From Eledone cirrhosa (taxonomy: Eukaryota): a DNA stretch of 64,000 bases. The position numbers and the translations under genes are program-made. A model generated the notes under the pieces. That model made no database searches and had not been told where the DNA came from. It was given only the letters and a program-made list of their open reading frames with translations. Location of the stretch: positions 34,162,001-34,226,000 of the forward strand of contig OZ024742.1 of the NCBI GenBank assembly GCA_964016885.1. Direction: 5' to 3'. Below, in pieces: positions 15,560 to 29,765 of this stretch. Position 1 is the stretch's first letter, and each line of letters starts with the position of its first letter.

Positions 15560-16365
15560 TTTAAGATGCCACATTTTCTCAATTTCAATTAAACGATTAA
15601 GAAACATGTTTTGTCTTTATAGTTTTTCACAATTTCCTCAGACCTGTTGGCCTTGATGGCTCTGTCAGCGTTCAACGTTTTAGCATGTAAGAGGCTGGAT
15701 ATTTCACACAGAAGTTCACTCGTAATGTAATAGTCACACAGCTTTAGCATGATAGAAATTGTAACAAAGTTGACAATAAATTACAGACATAGTCCACCGA
15801 ATAGTCCATGGAACGGTTTGACACACATTTTTGTATATCAAAATTCACTCACAAGGGTTGGGTCTATTCATAGATATGATAGAAGAAACACCTCCATGGT
15901 ACCTAGCAGTTGCAATGAATCCAGAACTCAGAACTTCCTGATTGTGAAATGAGCTTCTGAACCAATTGAAGAAAGTAATGAAATCATTAAATAAAACCAT
16001 GAAGAGACACATGCATATTAAAATGCACCCGTGTATACACACAAACTTAATTTAGATAAGAGGGAGGTGTAACAGAGTATACGAATACAAATACAAAATT
16101 GAATATTTCAAATTGTAAGCAAACATGTGCAAATATATATGTATATACAGAGAGAGAGAGGGAGAGAGAGAGATAGACAGCTAGCTATATCTGGATAGAT
16201 ATGAATAGATGTAAACACACACACACATACACACGCACACACACACACATATATATCTATATATAATTTTATGTGCATAAATAGAATAATTAAATTGCAA
16301 TATGGCTTTTGGCATTGTCTCCACTACAATTTTCTATTTCTCAGTACACGCCACCCACACACATG

Positions 16366-16403
<38 letters not shown>

Positions 16404-16889
16404 TACACACACACATATATATATATACATACATACAACATACATGCATACATGCATACATACATACCTCCATATATACATACATATATACATATATACA
16501 TACTAACATTTCGATAGAATTCATATGTATTTGCGTGATTACTTACACATAACGAGTTTCACAGAAAATAATAACCATATATCCTGCAACAGACAATTAT
16601 TTTTAATAGCAGTTTATTTTCTTTGAAATATAGGAATTCATACCCTTTATCAATTATTTCCCCTATTACTCAGTCCCTATCGCCTTTAATTATTGTTTTG
16701 ATAGGTTCATTCCATCAATCACACCTCTACTAACAAAAATAAAAAGGAATTCTAATGTAAAATATCTATTGTTCATTTTACGCTCACCTCATATTTTCTA
16801 TTTCTCATTACAGAGCTGTGGGTTATAATAAGGATTTCTACAGAGAAATAATGGCATAAAATTTGTTGGTGGGGGTTCATACCAAAATG

Positions 16890-17150
16890 TTTATCCTCTT
16901 CTTGACCAAGTATAGTTACCATAGCCCGAGCAGACCCTAGCACTGTGAGTGAAACTGAGTAGACAGAAGCTGTATTGAGACCTGTCGCATAGGTTGTACC
17001 TGAAATTTAAAGGACCAGCCTTGTCACATACTGTGTTACTCTGATTCGGCTTGGGAATTATATCAAAGGTACACGTGGTTGTTGAACACTCAAACATTAG
17101 GTAATTCACTAATTGGTCTTAAGTTGATCGATAAACTAAATAAACTGATG
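16890..17150 (+). mobile_element. Degenerate SINE-like interspersed repeat; related copy near 60500-60710
   Basis: Both loci share 'cagccttgtcaca' and a downstream 'gg.tac.cgtg' motif. Confidence 0.5.
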
Positions 17151-17710
17151 GAGGATCCATAATTTTATTGATCTCAGAATGATAGGCGGTAAATTTGACC
17201 CCGGCGATATTTGAACTTTGAACGTAAAGGCAAGTTGCTAAATACCATTGGGAGCGAAGAATTAGTTAGAAACAATATAGAGTGTGGAGTAAGTTCGATC
17301 TTTGACTGAAAACCGAAAATCTATGCTTGTCATTTTTTTTCAATGTACAGAGTAATTCGTATTTTCTGGTATTTTGACATGTCTACAAATAAGTTATGTG
17401 TTTATATTTATAAACATTGTTGCAGTCTCGATTACACATTCTGTATTTATACAAATATAACTTTATCATACATCTCAACTGCTAGCGCACCTCTGACTGT
17501 ATATCTTAATGAATTACAAGCACCAGCACTAATTATATGCAAATTTGTATACTCTTTTACTCTTTTACCTGTTCCAGCCATCCGGCTGAGGCCATGCTGG
17601 GGCACCACCCTTTGCATGTTAATTTCAGAATAATACTAAGAAAGAATGGGTATATATATATATATCCATCTAATACGTATTTCCTTCTGGTTTATCGGAA
17701 GATATACACG

Positions 17711-17755
17711 TCTTCTGATGAGGGTTCAATATGATCCGAAAAATCAATTAAAAGG
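17711..17755 (+). ncRNA. Decayed type I hammerhead-like motif between ~110-bp diverged direct repeats (17354-17466 / 17782-17893)
   Basis: TCTT-CTGATGA-GGG..TCC-GAAA; stems I and III imperfect. Confidence 0.45.
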
Positions 17756-17888
17756 TACATCATCAATTTCAATTTAGAAGGAATTTCGTATTTTCTGGCA
17801 TGCTTACATACCTACAAATTACATATATGTATATATTTACACATGTTGGAGCAGTCTCGGTTAGACATTCTATATTAATACAGATATA

Positions 17889-17956
<68 letters not shown>

Positions 17957-18082
17957 TATAGATATATTCGCCGAAAAGAAGAAAATGACACATTCACTAC
18001 TTTAAAACTGATAGCGAATTGTCTTCTAAATGTTTTTAATTAAACATACGGTATATTGCCAAATATACTATACATACATTCA

Positions 18083-20350
18083 GACAGTCTACCCTACGAA
18101 TTTTACGTAGCAATGCCGGACTTATTCTCCGGTCTCCTGGAAGCAGTCTACTGCAACTGGCAACAGAACGGGAGAATTCCCAGTTCTGTGACCGGAGGCG
18201 TAGTCACACTAGTCAGGAAGGACGAGAATAAGGGGGATGACATAGGCAACTTCCAGCCCATAACTCTGCTAAACACAGAGTTACAGATTTTGGCCAATGT
18301 GTTGGCAAAGAGGCTGGCGCTTGTCGTCGAGAACCTGGTGGGAGAAGCGCAGACATGCGCAATCCCGACCAGGTCCATACACGACAACCTCCACCTCATG
18401 CGATACATCATAGAGAGGGTAGGGTGTAAACCCGGCTTCGGTGGGGCCCTGATCAACTTGGATCAGTCTAAGGCTTTCGATAGGGTTGACCATCGTTACC
18501 TGGATGCGGTGCTCGAGGCGGCAGGCTTCGGACGCGTGTTCAGGGGCTGGATTGCTGCAATGCATAACAGCAACATCTGCTCAAGGGTTAAGGTGAACGG
18601 CTACCTCTCGGAGCCGTTTCATATCACGCGATCCATTCGACAGGGATGCCCTCTCTCCTCCCTTCTGTACGTATTGACTCTCGAGCCACTACTGCGGAAG
18701 TTGGAGCTATTGCATGGCATCCCTCTGGAACCGGGACTGCGGAAAGCGGCGTCGGCCTACGACGACGACATGACAGTAATGGTGTCGAGCGCCTCGCAAA
18801 TCGAGGAGGTCGGCACCTTACTGAAGGAATACGAAAGGTTCACAGGAGCGAAGCTGAACCGGGACAAGTCCATCGGTTTGCAACTCGGATCGTGGAGAGG
18901 CAAACCGATGCCTTCCAATGGCGTCGTCGGACGCTGGACGGAAGGACCAGTAACGCTGCTCGGGGTCTGGTTTGGTCCGGACCTCCAGGTGGAGAAGAAC
19001 TGGAACGAGGTGACGGCCAAAGTGATTGCACACACCAGAAGTGGGCCGAGTAAAACTATCATTGAAAGGTCGAGCGGAGGTGGCGAACACTTTTATAGCG
19101 TCCGCCATCTACTACTGCTTGACCGTCGTGCCTTTTCCAGTCAAAACGCTCGCCGAAATGGAGCGCGCACACTTCCAATTCCTTTGAGAAGATACATCTG
19201 CTGCCAACGCCCTTCCAACGGAGGGCTGGGAATGCCGTGGCTGACGATGCGTAAACACGCGCTCAGGCTGCGGTATCACTACGTATTCCTCATAGGACAA
19301 CCGGTGTGGGACCCGTTCGTGAGGCGAGCCTTCCCACGACTCGTCTCGCTGACTGAGCTGCAGTCCTGGGTCAAGCAAAGACCGAGGAAAATGGGCTACT
19401 GGCACATCCAATGTGCTCAGGCGCTCACAGCCCTCTGGGAGGCGGACTCGGCGATCAGTGGAGTCTCCACTTCGTCATTCTATAGAGGTTTGATCCGCAG
19501 CAAGTGCGACGACGTGCTCGGTGAAACTCTGGGCTTAGAGGAAGACGAACTGGCCAGTCTGTTCGGTAGGACTTTCCGCCCGGGACCGATGGACAACTTC
19601 CAAAAGTCCCTGGCAGTGCTACCGAGGAGCTCTACCAGTTCGAGACAAGCTCTACAGACATGGGCGCCCGGGCAGGGACCCTGCAAAAAAGATCTGTCCG
19701 AGGTGCGTACGAGACGAAGAAACCGTCGCGCACGCATTCATACACTGCCCGGGCGTCACCGACCTGTGGGGCTATGTAGAACGACTATTGTCGCGGGTGG
19801 GACCAATCCGGTTGACCACCGAGTCCATTGTCATGATCAAACCGCCACTCTCCTTCAAAAAGGAAGGAGAGGCGGTTTTCCTTTGTATGATAGCTATGGC
19901 GAAAGAGGTTGTATGGTGGACAAGGTTGAAAGGGCTGAGGTCAGACACCTTTCTCTCCGGCCAACAAATGATTCTTTTTTTCAGATACCACTTTGGAAGA
20001 AGAATCAGGATAGAGAGAGAGGTGCTCTACCCCAGCAAGTTTTATGAAAGGTGGGTGAAAGTGGCGAGAATGGCCCGAGTGAATGGGCCTTCTCTCTATA
20101 TCAGCCTGTAGGTTGAGGAAAAAGAGGAGGAGAGGAAAGGAGTACAAACTCTTCGTACTCCTGGAGATGAGGGTTGCACATTTCTTTTTCGGGGGTATGT
20201 GTTACTCATATGTAATGTCTCCCCCTATTGGGGAAAATCGATTAATTTTTAAATTGCATTTGTGATAATATTTTACACGTTTTTATTGTATGTAAACTTC
20301 CCCCTTTGTATTTGTCCCCTTTTTTGTGCCCCTGTGGCTAATAAAGAAAC
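18083..20350 (+). mobile_element. L1/Tx1-like LINE copy 1, 5'-truncated (RT + C-terminal zinc motif; frameshifted)
   Basis: Motifs FQPITLLN, LDQSKAFDRV, SIRQGCPLS and AYDDD; AATAAA followed by an (ATCT)n tail. Confidence 0.95.
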
Positions 20351-20579
20351 ATATCTATCTATCTATCTATCTATCTTGATAGAGTAAGACACGCTTCACA
20401 TCGGCTCCGCTATTCCATCGGGATTTACCCTTACTATAGTAAGTACCAGATAAATCTTTCAGTGCAACACATTTGGAACACTAAGCCCTGTTATTTAGGG
20501 AAACATTTTTGCATTTACCCCCTTTTTAGGGGGTAAAATAAATATCTATTTTTTGCCGAAAAATTTCTTTCTTGGCAGC

Positions 20580-22386
20580 ATGGCGGAAAAGATGGCAGAC
20601 ATGTCTGCCATTAGCTCTGCCACGCCCCCCAAGTCTGAAGAACAAAAAATAATTACAACAAAATTGGACAACGAAACAAACAAGGAAAATGAAAAAACAA
20701 ATGTTAAGGAAAATGAGCAAACGGAAAACAAACAAACAGAAAATAATACAAATAACAACAGGGCAACTTTCGCCCAGAAAACAAAACAGTCCATAACATA
20801 TACACCAATTGACTTAACTGCCGCCAGAGAAAAACTGGCCGAAGCGAAAAAACAAATAGTCTTGGGGGAGAACGGAATGTTTTCCATTAACTCCCACCCA
20901 GAATTCAAGAAAGCGAGAACAGAGAGCACAGTTCTCTTCAGAACTATATTGAACCAAACAAGAAAGCCAGCACAGCCCAGCCAAATGGAAATAGAGTTGG
21001 TCCTAAAAGACTATATGAAGAATATTCTCTTCATACGAAAGGACCGACTCTATGGCAGCATTTCGGTCTTAACAAAAGACAAGGAAACGGCACAGAAGCT
21101 TTCCCTAAGCCAAATCTCATCGACAACATACAGCTTCTATCCCTCCTACATGGGTAGAAGAACACAGAGAGTAAAAGTAAAAACAATGCTGCCCACAATG
21201 GACTTCTGGTGGGCTATTGCTGGCTTCATAGACATGGGCGAAGACACAATGCTGTCAATGGGGAAGGCATCTGGAGATGCGTTCCTGGGAATGGGCCTCG
21301 ACATACTAGTCCAAATGAGGCCCGAAAGAATAGCACAAATCCCGGAATGCATCTGGCTGGATGACCTCACCCCAATAGATATAATTGTAGAGGGGAGAAG
21401 ACCAGCATGCTATTTATGCACGGAAAGGGGACACGTTAAGGCTAACTGCCCGAAACGTATCCCCCAAAAAGGACTATTGCCCACACCCACCACAAACAGT
21501 ACACCAACACCACCCACCTCCAAAAATACACTAATACCACACACAGCAAACAAAATACAGACACCACCAACCACAAACACAACACAAACATCACCACCAC
21601 CAGCACCAAATACAAGCACGACACAAAAATCACCACCACCAACCACAACACAAACATCACCACCACCATCACCAACCACAAGCACGACACAAACATTACC
21701 ACCACCACCACCACCACAAAACCCATTCCAAACAAATAATAAAAAAAACAGTAACAAATCTACCCCTCCCGCAAAAAAAACAACCACACAACACGTCCCT
21801 CCCACCTAGCGCTGAAGAGTTTCCCCCAACTTCTGAAGAAGAAGGAGGAGAAGCCTTCAGACAAGTTAAAAGGAAAAAAAGAAAACACACACCCAGCACA
21901 CCACAAATAACCCACACACAAACACCAACTCCAATCAAAAACACCCCACCCTCAACAAACAAAAATAAATCTGCGCCTCCCCACTCCGAAACATTGACAG
22001 CATCACAAAAAAAGACGTTGCAATACACATATATAAATAAAGAAAACAAAAAATTGGTTAAATTAATAAACAATAACCCTATGGTGCAGACCGAAGGGCC
22101 AAACTTTATCTCAACAGAGAACTTCACCCATTTTAAAATGATAAAGGTCCCTCTAGACCTTTATCGTTCCTTAAAAGAACAATTTAGACAGGACGTGAGC
22201 CCCCCCCCCCCTGTTTAAAACCGTTAAATCGCGTCCTCTTGAAAGATTTCCCCATAACCGCCCCTCTCCCTGACACAACTCCAAATACCCCAACCCCACC
22301 ACACACGGGTACCCCCACACCACCACAAAACATCCCTCCACCCAACACACCTGATGCCATGGAAATTACACAACCCGGAGAGGTAG
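20580..22386 (+). pseudogene. LINE ORF1 (gag-like, CCHC zinc knuckle, Pro/Thr-rich linker), frameshifted
   Basis: CYLCTERGHVKANC; homologous to copy 3 ORF1 (DRLYGS, MG.RTQR, VEGRRP, KRKKRKH). Confidence 0.88.
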
Positions 22387-22417
22387 GTGCTTTTCTTTCT
22401 TCACTTTCAACACCAAA

Positions 22418-25400
22418 ATAGATCAATTGAGAGTTGGCTGTTTGAACGCGCGGCCTGGGCTCAGCTTGGAAGCAAGCAAAGCTTCTAAGTGACCTCAGGA
22501 CACAAAGTATAGATGTGATGGTTGTTTGCGAGAGTCGGATCAGCAGCGTGAGACAGCTGGCGCCCGCCTTCGATGACTTTGAGATGCACGCATCTCTCTG
22601 TCAACCCGGAGGCGGGGGGGGGGGGGAGTTGCCGTACTGCTGGATAAACGTCTGGCTCTCGACGTACAGATTGTTCACTCGGACCTGGGGGGTCGATTAC
22701 TGGTGCTGGACGTCGGAGGCGGTGAAGGCGGGGCTTTCAGACTGGTCGGTCTTTATGCCCCCTTCGGGGCGGAAAGAGCCGACTTCTTCCAGCGTCTGGA
22801 GACTTTTCTAGGAACGTCGCGTTCCCTGCTTTTAGTGGGGGACTGGAATGGAATCCTAGATGCGCGTTGGGACTATGCAGGGGCATGTCCCGATAGAGGG
22901 GGGTGTAGCAGCCTCAAGGGGTTACTCGATCGATTCGACCTGGTCGATAGATTTCGACTAGATTGTCCAACTGCGCCAACCTGGACCTGGGCAAACCGCA
23001 GTGGACAATCTAGATCGTACCTAGATAGGTTTTTGGTTAGGAGTAAGGATAGGGACGTATTTAGTTGTCCAGAACTGATCATGGTTGGCTATTCAGATCA
23101 CAAATTAGTGACCTGCGTGGTCAACCTTGATAGAACGCATAGACAGGGTCCCGGTTACTGGAAGATGAACTTGTCATTGCCGGCAAAGAAAGATTACAGG
23201 AACCGGATTAGTAGCTTAGTTAAGATGCGGTTGACGGGAGCGATCGTCAACAGCAGGTGGTGGGTATCTCTAAAGAGAGAGATTAGAGTAAGATCGATAG
23301 GTTACAGTAAGGAACTAGCGGCAAATAGAAATAGGAAGGAAAGGGAGTTAACAGATAAACTAGAAGAGGCGATTAGGAGCGGAGACGTGGCCAGAGTGTT
23401 AGCGGCGAGAACGGCGTTGAGCCAGTTCTTTGACGCGAAGCACGAAGGCTGCGTTGTCCGAAGTAAAATACGTGCTTTAGGAAACGAGGGGACCAAAGCT
23501 GTTAGCTGGGCCCGCGTGACAGAAGCCAAGAGTGGGATTAAATCCACCATTCGGTCTTTGCGAGACCAGGATGGACGGGTGATCCTTGAACCTGAGCGGA
23601 TGTGCGAGGGCTTTCAAAGGCACTTTGTTCGACTGTTCGGAGGGGGCGGGGGGCCGGACGGGGATGTGGACTTCGGTCCATACCTCGACGGTCTACCGCG
23701 TCTTTCGAGAGGCGAAGCGGAGTGCTGCGAAAGGCCAATCACAGCCACTGAAATCGGGGAAGCGCTCAGCCAATGCAGCAGACGCAAATCTCCGGGTCTC
23801 GATGGTCTACCATACGAACTTTATTTAGCTATGCCGGTCTTGTTCTCCGAACTCCTCGAGGCTGTCTATTGCAACTGGCAACAGAACGGGAGAATTCCCT
23901 GTTCTGTGACCAAGGGCGTGGTCACGCTAGTGAGGAAGGACGAGAGCAAAGGGGACGACTTAAGTAACTTTAGGCCCATAACTCTGCTAAATGCAGAGTT
24001 ACAGATTTTGGCCAAGGTGTTGGCGAAGAGGTTGGCGCTTGTGGTAGGTGGTTTGGTGGGAGACGCGCAGACATGCGCTATCCCGTCCAGGTCCATTCAC
24101 GACAACCTCCACCTCATGCGATACATCGTAGAGAGGGTTGGCAACGAACCCGGCTTTGGTGGGGCCCTGATCAACTTGGATCAATCTAAGGCGTTCGATA
24201 GGGTCGACCATGGTTACCTGGATGCGGTGCTAGCGGCGGCGGGCTTCGGACCCGTTTTCAGGGGCTGGATTTCTGCCATGCACAGTTCCAACATCTACTC
24301 TAGGATTAAAGTAAACGGCTACCTCTAGGAGCCGTTTCAAATCACCCGGTCCATCAGACAGGGGTGCCCCCTCTCCTCCCTTCTGTACGTATTGACTCTC
24401 GAACCACTGCTGCGGAAGTTGGAGTTGCTGCGGGGCATACCCCTGGAACCGGGATTGCACAAAGCGGTCTCGGCCTATGCCGACGACGTAACAGTAATGG
24501 TGGCGGACGCCTCGGAAATCGGGGCGATCGCCACCCTACTGGAGGAATACGAAAGGCTGACGGGGGCTAGGCTGAACCAGGACAAGTCAGTCGGTTTGCA
24601 ACTCGGAACGTGGAGGGGCAAACCGATGCCGTTAGACGGTGTCGTCGGGCGGTGGACGGAGGGCCCGGTGAAGCTGCTCGGGGTCTGGTTCGGACCGGAC
24701 CTCCAGGTGGAGAAGAATTGGGGCGAGGTGACGAACAGGGTGTTTGCGCTGACCCAGAAGTGGGCCAAGTGCAAACTATCACTGAAAGGTCGGGAGGAGG
24801 TGACGAACGCTTACATAGCGTCCGTCATCTACTACCGCCTGACCGTCGTGCCTTGCCCCAAGGAACAGCTCACCATCATGAAATGCATGCTCTTCCAGTT
24901 CCTCTGGAAGAAGCGGCCTCCCATGGTGAGGAGATCCATCTGCTGCCAGCACCCTTCGAAAGGAGGGCTGGGTATGCCGTGGCTGTTGATGCGTAGGCAC
25001 GCATTGAGGCTACGGCATCTACAGGTATTCCTCAACGGTCAGCCGGTGTGGGCCCCGTTTGTGAGGCGAGCCTTCCCACAGCTCGTCTCGCTCACCGAAC
25101 TGCAATCCTGGGTGAAGCAAAGACTGAGAAAACTGGGCAACTGGCACACCGAGTGTGCCCAGGCGCTCACAGCTATCTGGCAAGCGGAGCTGACTATCAG
25201 TGGAGAATCCACCTCGACATTCTATAGAGGGTTGGTGGCTAGCAAGGGCGACGACACCCTTGGAGAGTCGCTAGGCATGGAGGAGGACGAACTAGCCAGC
25301 CTGTTCGGTAGAACTTTCGGCCCGGGACCCATGGACAACTTGCAGAGGTCCCTAGCCTGGCAGTGTTACCGGGGGGCTCTGCCCGTTCGAGAAAAGCTCT

Positions 25401-25857
25401 ACAGACACGGGCGCCCGGGCAGGGATCACGCGAAAAAGATCTGCCCCAGATGCGTGCGTGACGAGGAAACCGTTGCGCATGCACTGGTACACTGCCCGGG
25501 CGTTGCCGATATGTGGGGCTACGTCGAACGACTGCTGTCGCGTGTGGCGCCGATTCGATTAACCGCCGAGTCTGTGGTGACATCAAGCCGCCTCCTCCCT
25601 TCAGAAATGAAGCAGAGGCGGTCTTTCTGTGCGTAATAGCCATGATGAAAGAGGTTGTGTGGTGGACGCGCCTGAAAGGTCTGAGGTCGGGTGACTTTCT
25701 CTCCGGCCATCACCTGGTTTACTTCTTCCGATACCACTTCGGAAGAAGGATCAGGATGGAGAGAGAAGTGCTTGACCCCAGACAGTTTTATGAAAGGTGG
25801 GTGAAAGAAGCGAGAATGGCCCGTGTAAATAGGCCTTCTCTCTACATTGTTCTGTAG
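22418..25857 (+). pseudogene. LINE ORF2: APE endonuclease + reverse transcriptase + C-terminal Cys/His motif
   Basis: GDWN, SYLDRF and SDH (APE); KSPGLDG, KAFDRV, QGCPLS and YADD (RT); CPRC..ETVAHAL..C. Premature TAG at ~24326 and frameshifts. Confidence 0.95.
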
Positions 25858-26150
25858 GTGAAGAAGTGAAGAGGAAAGGGGGAGCGCCTCCTCTCTGGGC
25901 TTCCCCCGCGAAAAGAGTTGCACACTTTTCGGGGGTATGTGCAATCCCCAACACGCCCCCTCCCTTTTGAGGACTTTTTATTGTTATATTATTATTGTTA
26001 TTCCTTTTTTCTTTACTCGATTTATGTAAACTCCCCCACTGTGTAAACGTCCCCTTCTTTTGTGCCCTCGTGGCAAATAAATAGAAATCTATCTATCTAT
26101 CTATATTATATATATATATAAAAAAATAGAGGTGTGACACACGAGTTGTG

Positions 26151-26519
26151 ATATATTAGTAAAAAGGAAAAGAAAATGCTGACAAATTTTTCCCAGTGAA
26201 AAATAGTTTAATTAGGAATAAGTATAAATTAGTAATAAGCATTGGTTAGTATTCAGTTTTAGTTTTAAGTTTTTACCGGTTTCGCATTTCTAATGCTTTT
26301 CAAAAATTATTTTGAGATAGAGCGGTCGTGATGTTTGCTCTAATCAGATTAGAGCAAACATCACGACCATTCTATCTCGAAATTATTTTTGAAAAGCATT
26401 AGAAATGCGCAACCGGTAAAAACTTAAAACTAACCAATGCTTATGACTAATTTATACTTATTCCTAATTAAACTATTTTTCACTGGGAAAAATTTGTCAG
26501 TATTTTCTTTTCCATTTTA

Positions 26520-26528
<9 letters not shown>
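26151..26528. repeat. Fold-back element 3: ~190-bp palindromic arms, centre at 26346
   Basis: CTCTAATC-A-GATTAGAG centre; arms differ by a few substitutions and a short indel; (TA)n on the right. Confidence 0.96.
26269..26306 (-). ncRNA. Hammerhead-like motif, U3-A8 core variant
   Basis: Minus strand TTT-TTGAAAA-GCATT(aga)AATGC-GAAA-CCGGT-A-AAA; the mirror copy in the right arm has GCAA in place of GAAA. Confidence 0.55.
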
Positions 26529-26606
<78 letters not shown>

Positions 26607-26745
26607 GTAGATAAATCTACCAAAATATACGGTAGTGTCCAATCCGTATGAAGAACTCAATGTAATCCAAATATCATGATAAGAGATGCATTCAAAAATT
26701 TTCGATGAAAATCATAGGAAAACAGAGTCAAGATAAATATATACA

Positions 26746-26798
<53 letters not shown>

Positions 26799-26805
<7 letters not shown>

Positions 26806-26942
26806 CAATATGTAGAGAAGATAACACACCAGAGAGGGAGAGAGAGAGATGGTGCGGCATCAGTCAAACAAACCTGTTTGTTTGACTGATGGCGCACCAT
26901 CTCTCTCTCTGGCGTGTTATCTTCTCTACATATTGTATTATA
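26799..26942. repeat. Fold-back element 4: ~70-bp palindromic arms, 2-nt loop at 26874-26875
   Basis: CAAACAAAC-CT-GTTTGTTTG centre; left flank is (TA)n. Confidence 0.93.
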
Positions 26943-27017
26943 AAGGCTCGGGATTCCTTCTCTTTTGAGCACATTAATGACAGGGAATGGCGAGAGTCTA
27001 TGGCTCCGTTCATTTAT

Positions 27018-27064
<47 letters not shown>

Positions 27065-27065
<1 letters not shown>

Positions 27066-27175
27066 TAGCTGGCTCGTGCCATCGAAAATGACGTCTATTG
27101 TAATATCTATACATGATATAAAATAGAGATGTTTGTTTGTTGGTTGGCTGGTTGGTTTCTCCTTGCTCACTCACA
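27065..27175. mobile_element. Helitron-like terminal fragments
   Basis: A|CTAG plus a short hairpin (minus-strand 3' end), adjacent to TCTATAC..ATAAAATAGAGATGTTTGTTTG (5'-end-like). Confidence 0.35.
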
Positions 27176-27958
27176 CATATGATACAAACATACAAACACA
27201 CAGCTGTGACGAATCTTAGAAAGCTGCACTTCTATAGTTTTTCACCACCCCTCTTTCCTCAGTCATCACATAGATGTGTGTGTGCATGTAATCATATTTT
27301 TTTCTAAGTGTGTCAGTATACATATATATATGTATGTGCAGACGCGTGTGCTTTTTGTAATTCTATTGTCTATATATCTTTCTAAATAAACACACACAAA
27401 CACATATACACTCACACAAATATTATATATATACATATAAATGACACAAACACACATATATACACACACAAGCCAATTTGTTATACATATACACACACAG
27501 ATGTAGCGAATGTTAAATTCTGCTTTCTGTAGTTTGTCACCACCGCCATCCTTCCTCAGTCGACGTTATCACCCCTTCCTTCTCCAATCAATGTCATCAC
27601 CCCTTACTTCCTCAGTCATCTCTTGTGTGTGACGGACAAATACAATTGGGTATTACATTAGTAGATATATATAATGGCGTACACAGTGAAGTAGTGGCGT
27701 GAGAATTGCTAGAGAAATGTACAATAATGACGCTAGAAAAATAGAATTTTGTTTAGTGAATAAAATAACATTGAATGAACAATAACATTCTATATTCCCT
27801 CGGTATCATTGCATTTACCGTTATATTATCCCCCCCCCCCCCATCGCCCCAGCTATATTGTTTACATATGAAATATAAATGTTTTAAAAAGTTGCATATA
27901 TAGAGGAATTTATCTCGAAGGATTCGACTGAATTGTCTTTAATATACATATATATATA

Positions 27959-28033
27959 CAGGGTGTCCCAAAAATGTATACACTCTTCAACAGATTTCTA
28001 ATTTAAGTGCGTATACATTTTTGGGACACCTTG
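27959..28033. mobile_element. 75-bp Tc1/mariner-type MITE
   Basis: TIRs CAGGGTGTCCCAAAAATGTATAC / GTATACATTTTTGGGACACCTTG, flanked by TA on both sides. Confidence 0.85.
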
Positions 28034-29765
28034 TATTATATATATATATCCGTGTATATATATATGTGTGTGTGTGTGTGTATGTGTGTGTGTGTGTGTA
28101 TGTGTGTGTGTGTGTGTGTATGTGTGTGTGTGTGTGTTCATGTGATTCGAAATGACAAGAAATTGTGTTAGTTTTGCATTTAAAATTGATTTATCTCCCT
28201 TCGTACTAGTAATTTATATGAAGAGTCAGCAATGACTATGTTGACCCATATATATAAAACAAATCAACAACAAAACCTTTGGTACAACTGACCTGTCGCT
28301 GAGAAATATAAATGCCATTAGTTAATATATTCTCGTACTAATTATTTATGTGCAGTTTGTCCTATTAAATGATGAGTCAAAACAACAAGAGTATAACAAT
28401 AAATGTTGATCAGAATATCTGGAATAACGCCAATATACTTTCATGTTATCTGGCGATGTTTTATTGTTAATCATAGAGTTTCATAGCTTTTCTCTGCTCG
28501 TATTTTCGTTTTGGTTTTTACATTAGATATTGGCAGATTCGTCAGATTTGTGTATTCGTTCCAATTCACTGTGTCCTGTCCTGAATCCACATCCAACCTA
28601 GTTCACCTTTGCATTCCTTCTTTTCGATGTCGTTAAATAAAATACAAAACCCTTACAGGAGACGATTATTTTTCTATATCACTTCCTCTAAATCTCTTTC
28701 TCCTTACCACTATCTTTTTCATTAGAAGAAATTTCAGACCTAGAGTGGAATGGGGTCAGTTAGGATTTAAAATGTGCACGACGACACCCTTACGAATCTA
28801 TCAGGAGTGAAAAGTCTATGGGAATTGATTGACCATTAAATATATAATATACAATGTGAGCCTGGTGCGACACGATTGTTGTAAATATTAAATGTAATTA
28901 ATTCACCTATAGCTACGCGTATTCGATAGAAAAGAATCAGTGAAAATATTGTGGAATCTGCCAAGATAAAATTAGAAATGAATCTTCATCGGTTCGGCTT
29001 TGAGTTTCGGCGTTGAGTATTTGACTGTCCGATCAACTGGCCTAAACCAACCGCCTCTTGCACATAAGAAAGACGCTGAGTATTCCATACCGAAGTGTAC
29101 AGTTAACCTTCTCTGTTTTAAGCGGAAACAACGATTAGAAAGTAAAAGAAACAAAAACCTAGATAGGTCTAATAGAACAGAGAGACCTATATTCAGAGGA
29201 GATTCAAACCAAACTTTTTTTTTCTTCTGGAATAGCCTATGCCAGATAATTAATCTAATGTGTCCTTTTATTTAAGACGGTAAGGTGTTATTTGATACAG
29301 AGTTGGCTGCTATTTCTGAAAGGGAGAGTTACAATGCAAAGAGGCCTTTCAGCCGTGTAACCACTACAGGTATTCCTCACAAACACAGAGTACAACAAAT
29401 TATATTATCTAATTATAAATTCCCTTTTATATGGTGCGATTTAAGTGATGCCACTTCTCTCAATTCCAAAGAAAACAGTTTCCCTCAGAGGTTATACTTT
29501 AGTTTAGCCCTACATGAACAAATCATCAGGTACAATATAATGAGGACTATATACAATATATGTTTCATCCTTTAAGTGAGCAGAGTTTAATTTAAAGTTT
29601 TTGGCTGCTATTTTTAGTATACTAATTGAATGCAGAAAGGCTGCCACGCTGATTCTTAGCACGCGCATGCAGATGCAAAAGCATACTAATGTGAACATGC
29701 ATGTGTATATATGTGTGTGCGTGATAATACATACTTGTACGTATGTATGTATGTATGTATGTTAT

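Larger units (their letters stand above)
20378..26087 (+). mobile_element. L1/Tx1-like LINE copy 2, full-length but disrupted
   Basis: 5' UTR, ORF1, ORF2, 3' UTR and AATAAA; (ATCT)n on both flanks. Confidence 0.96.
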
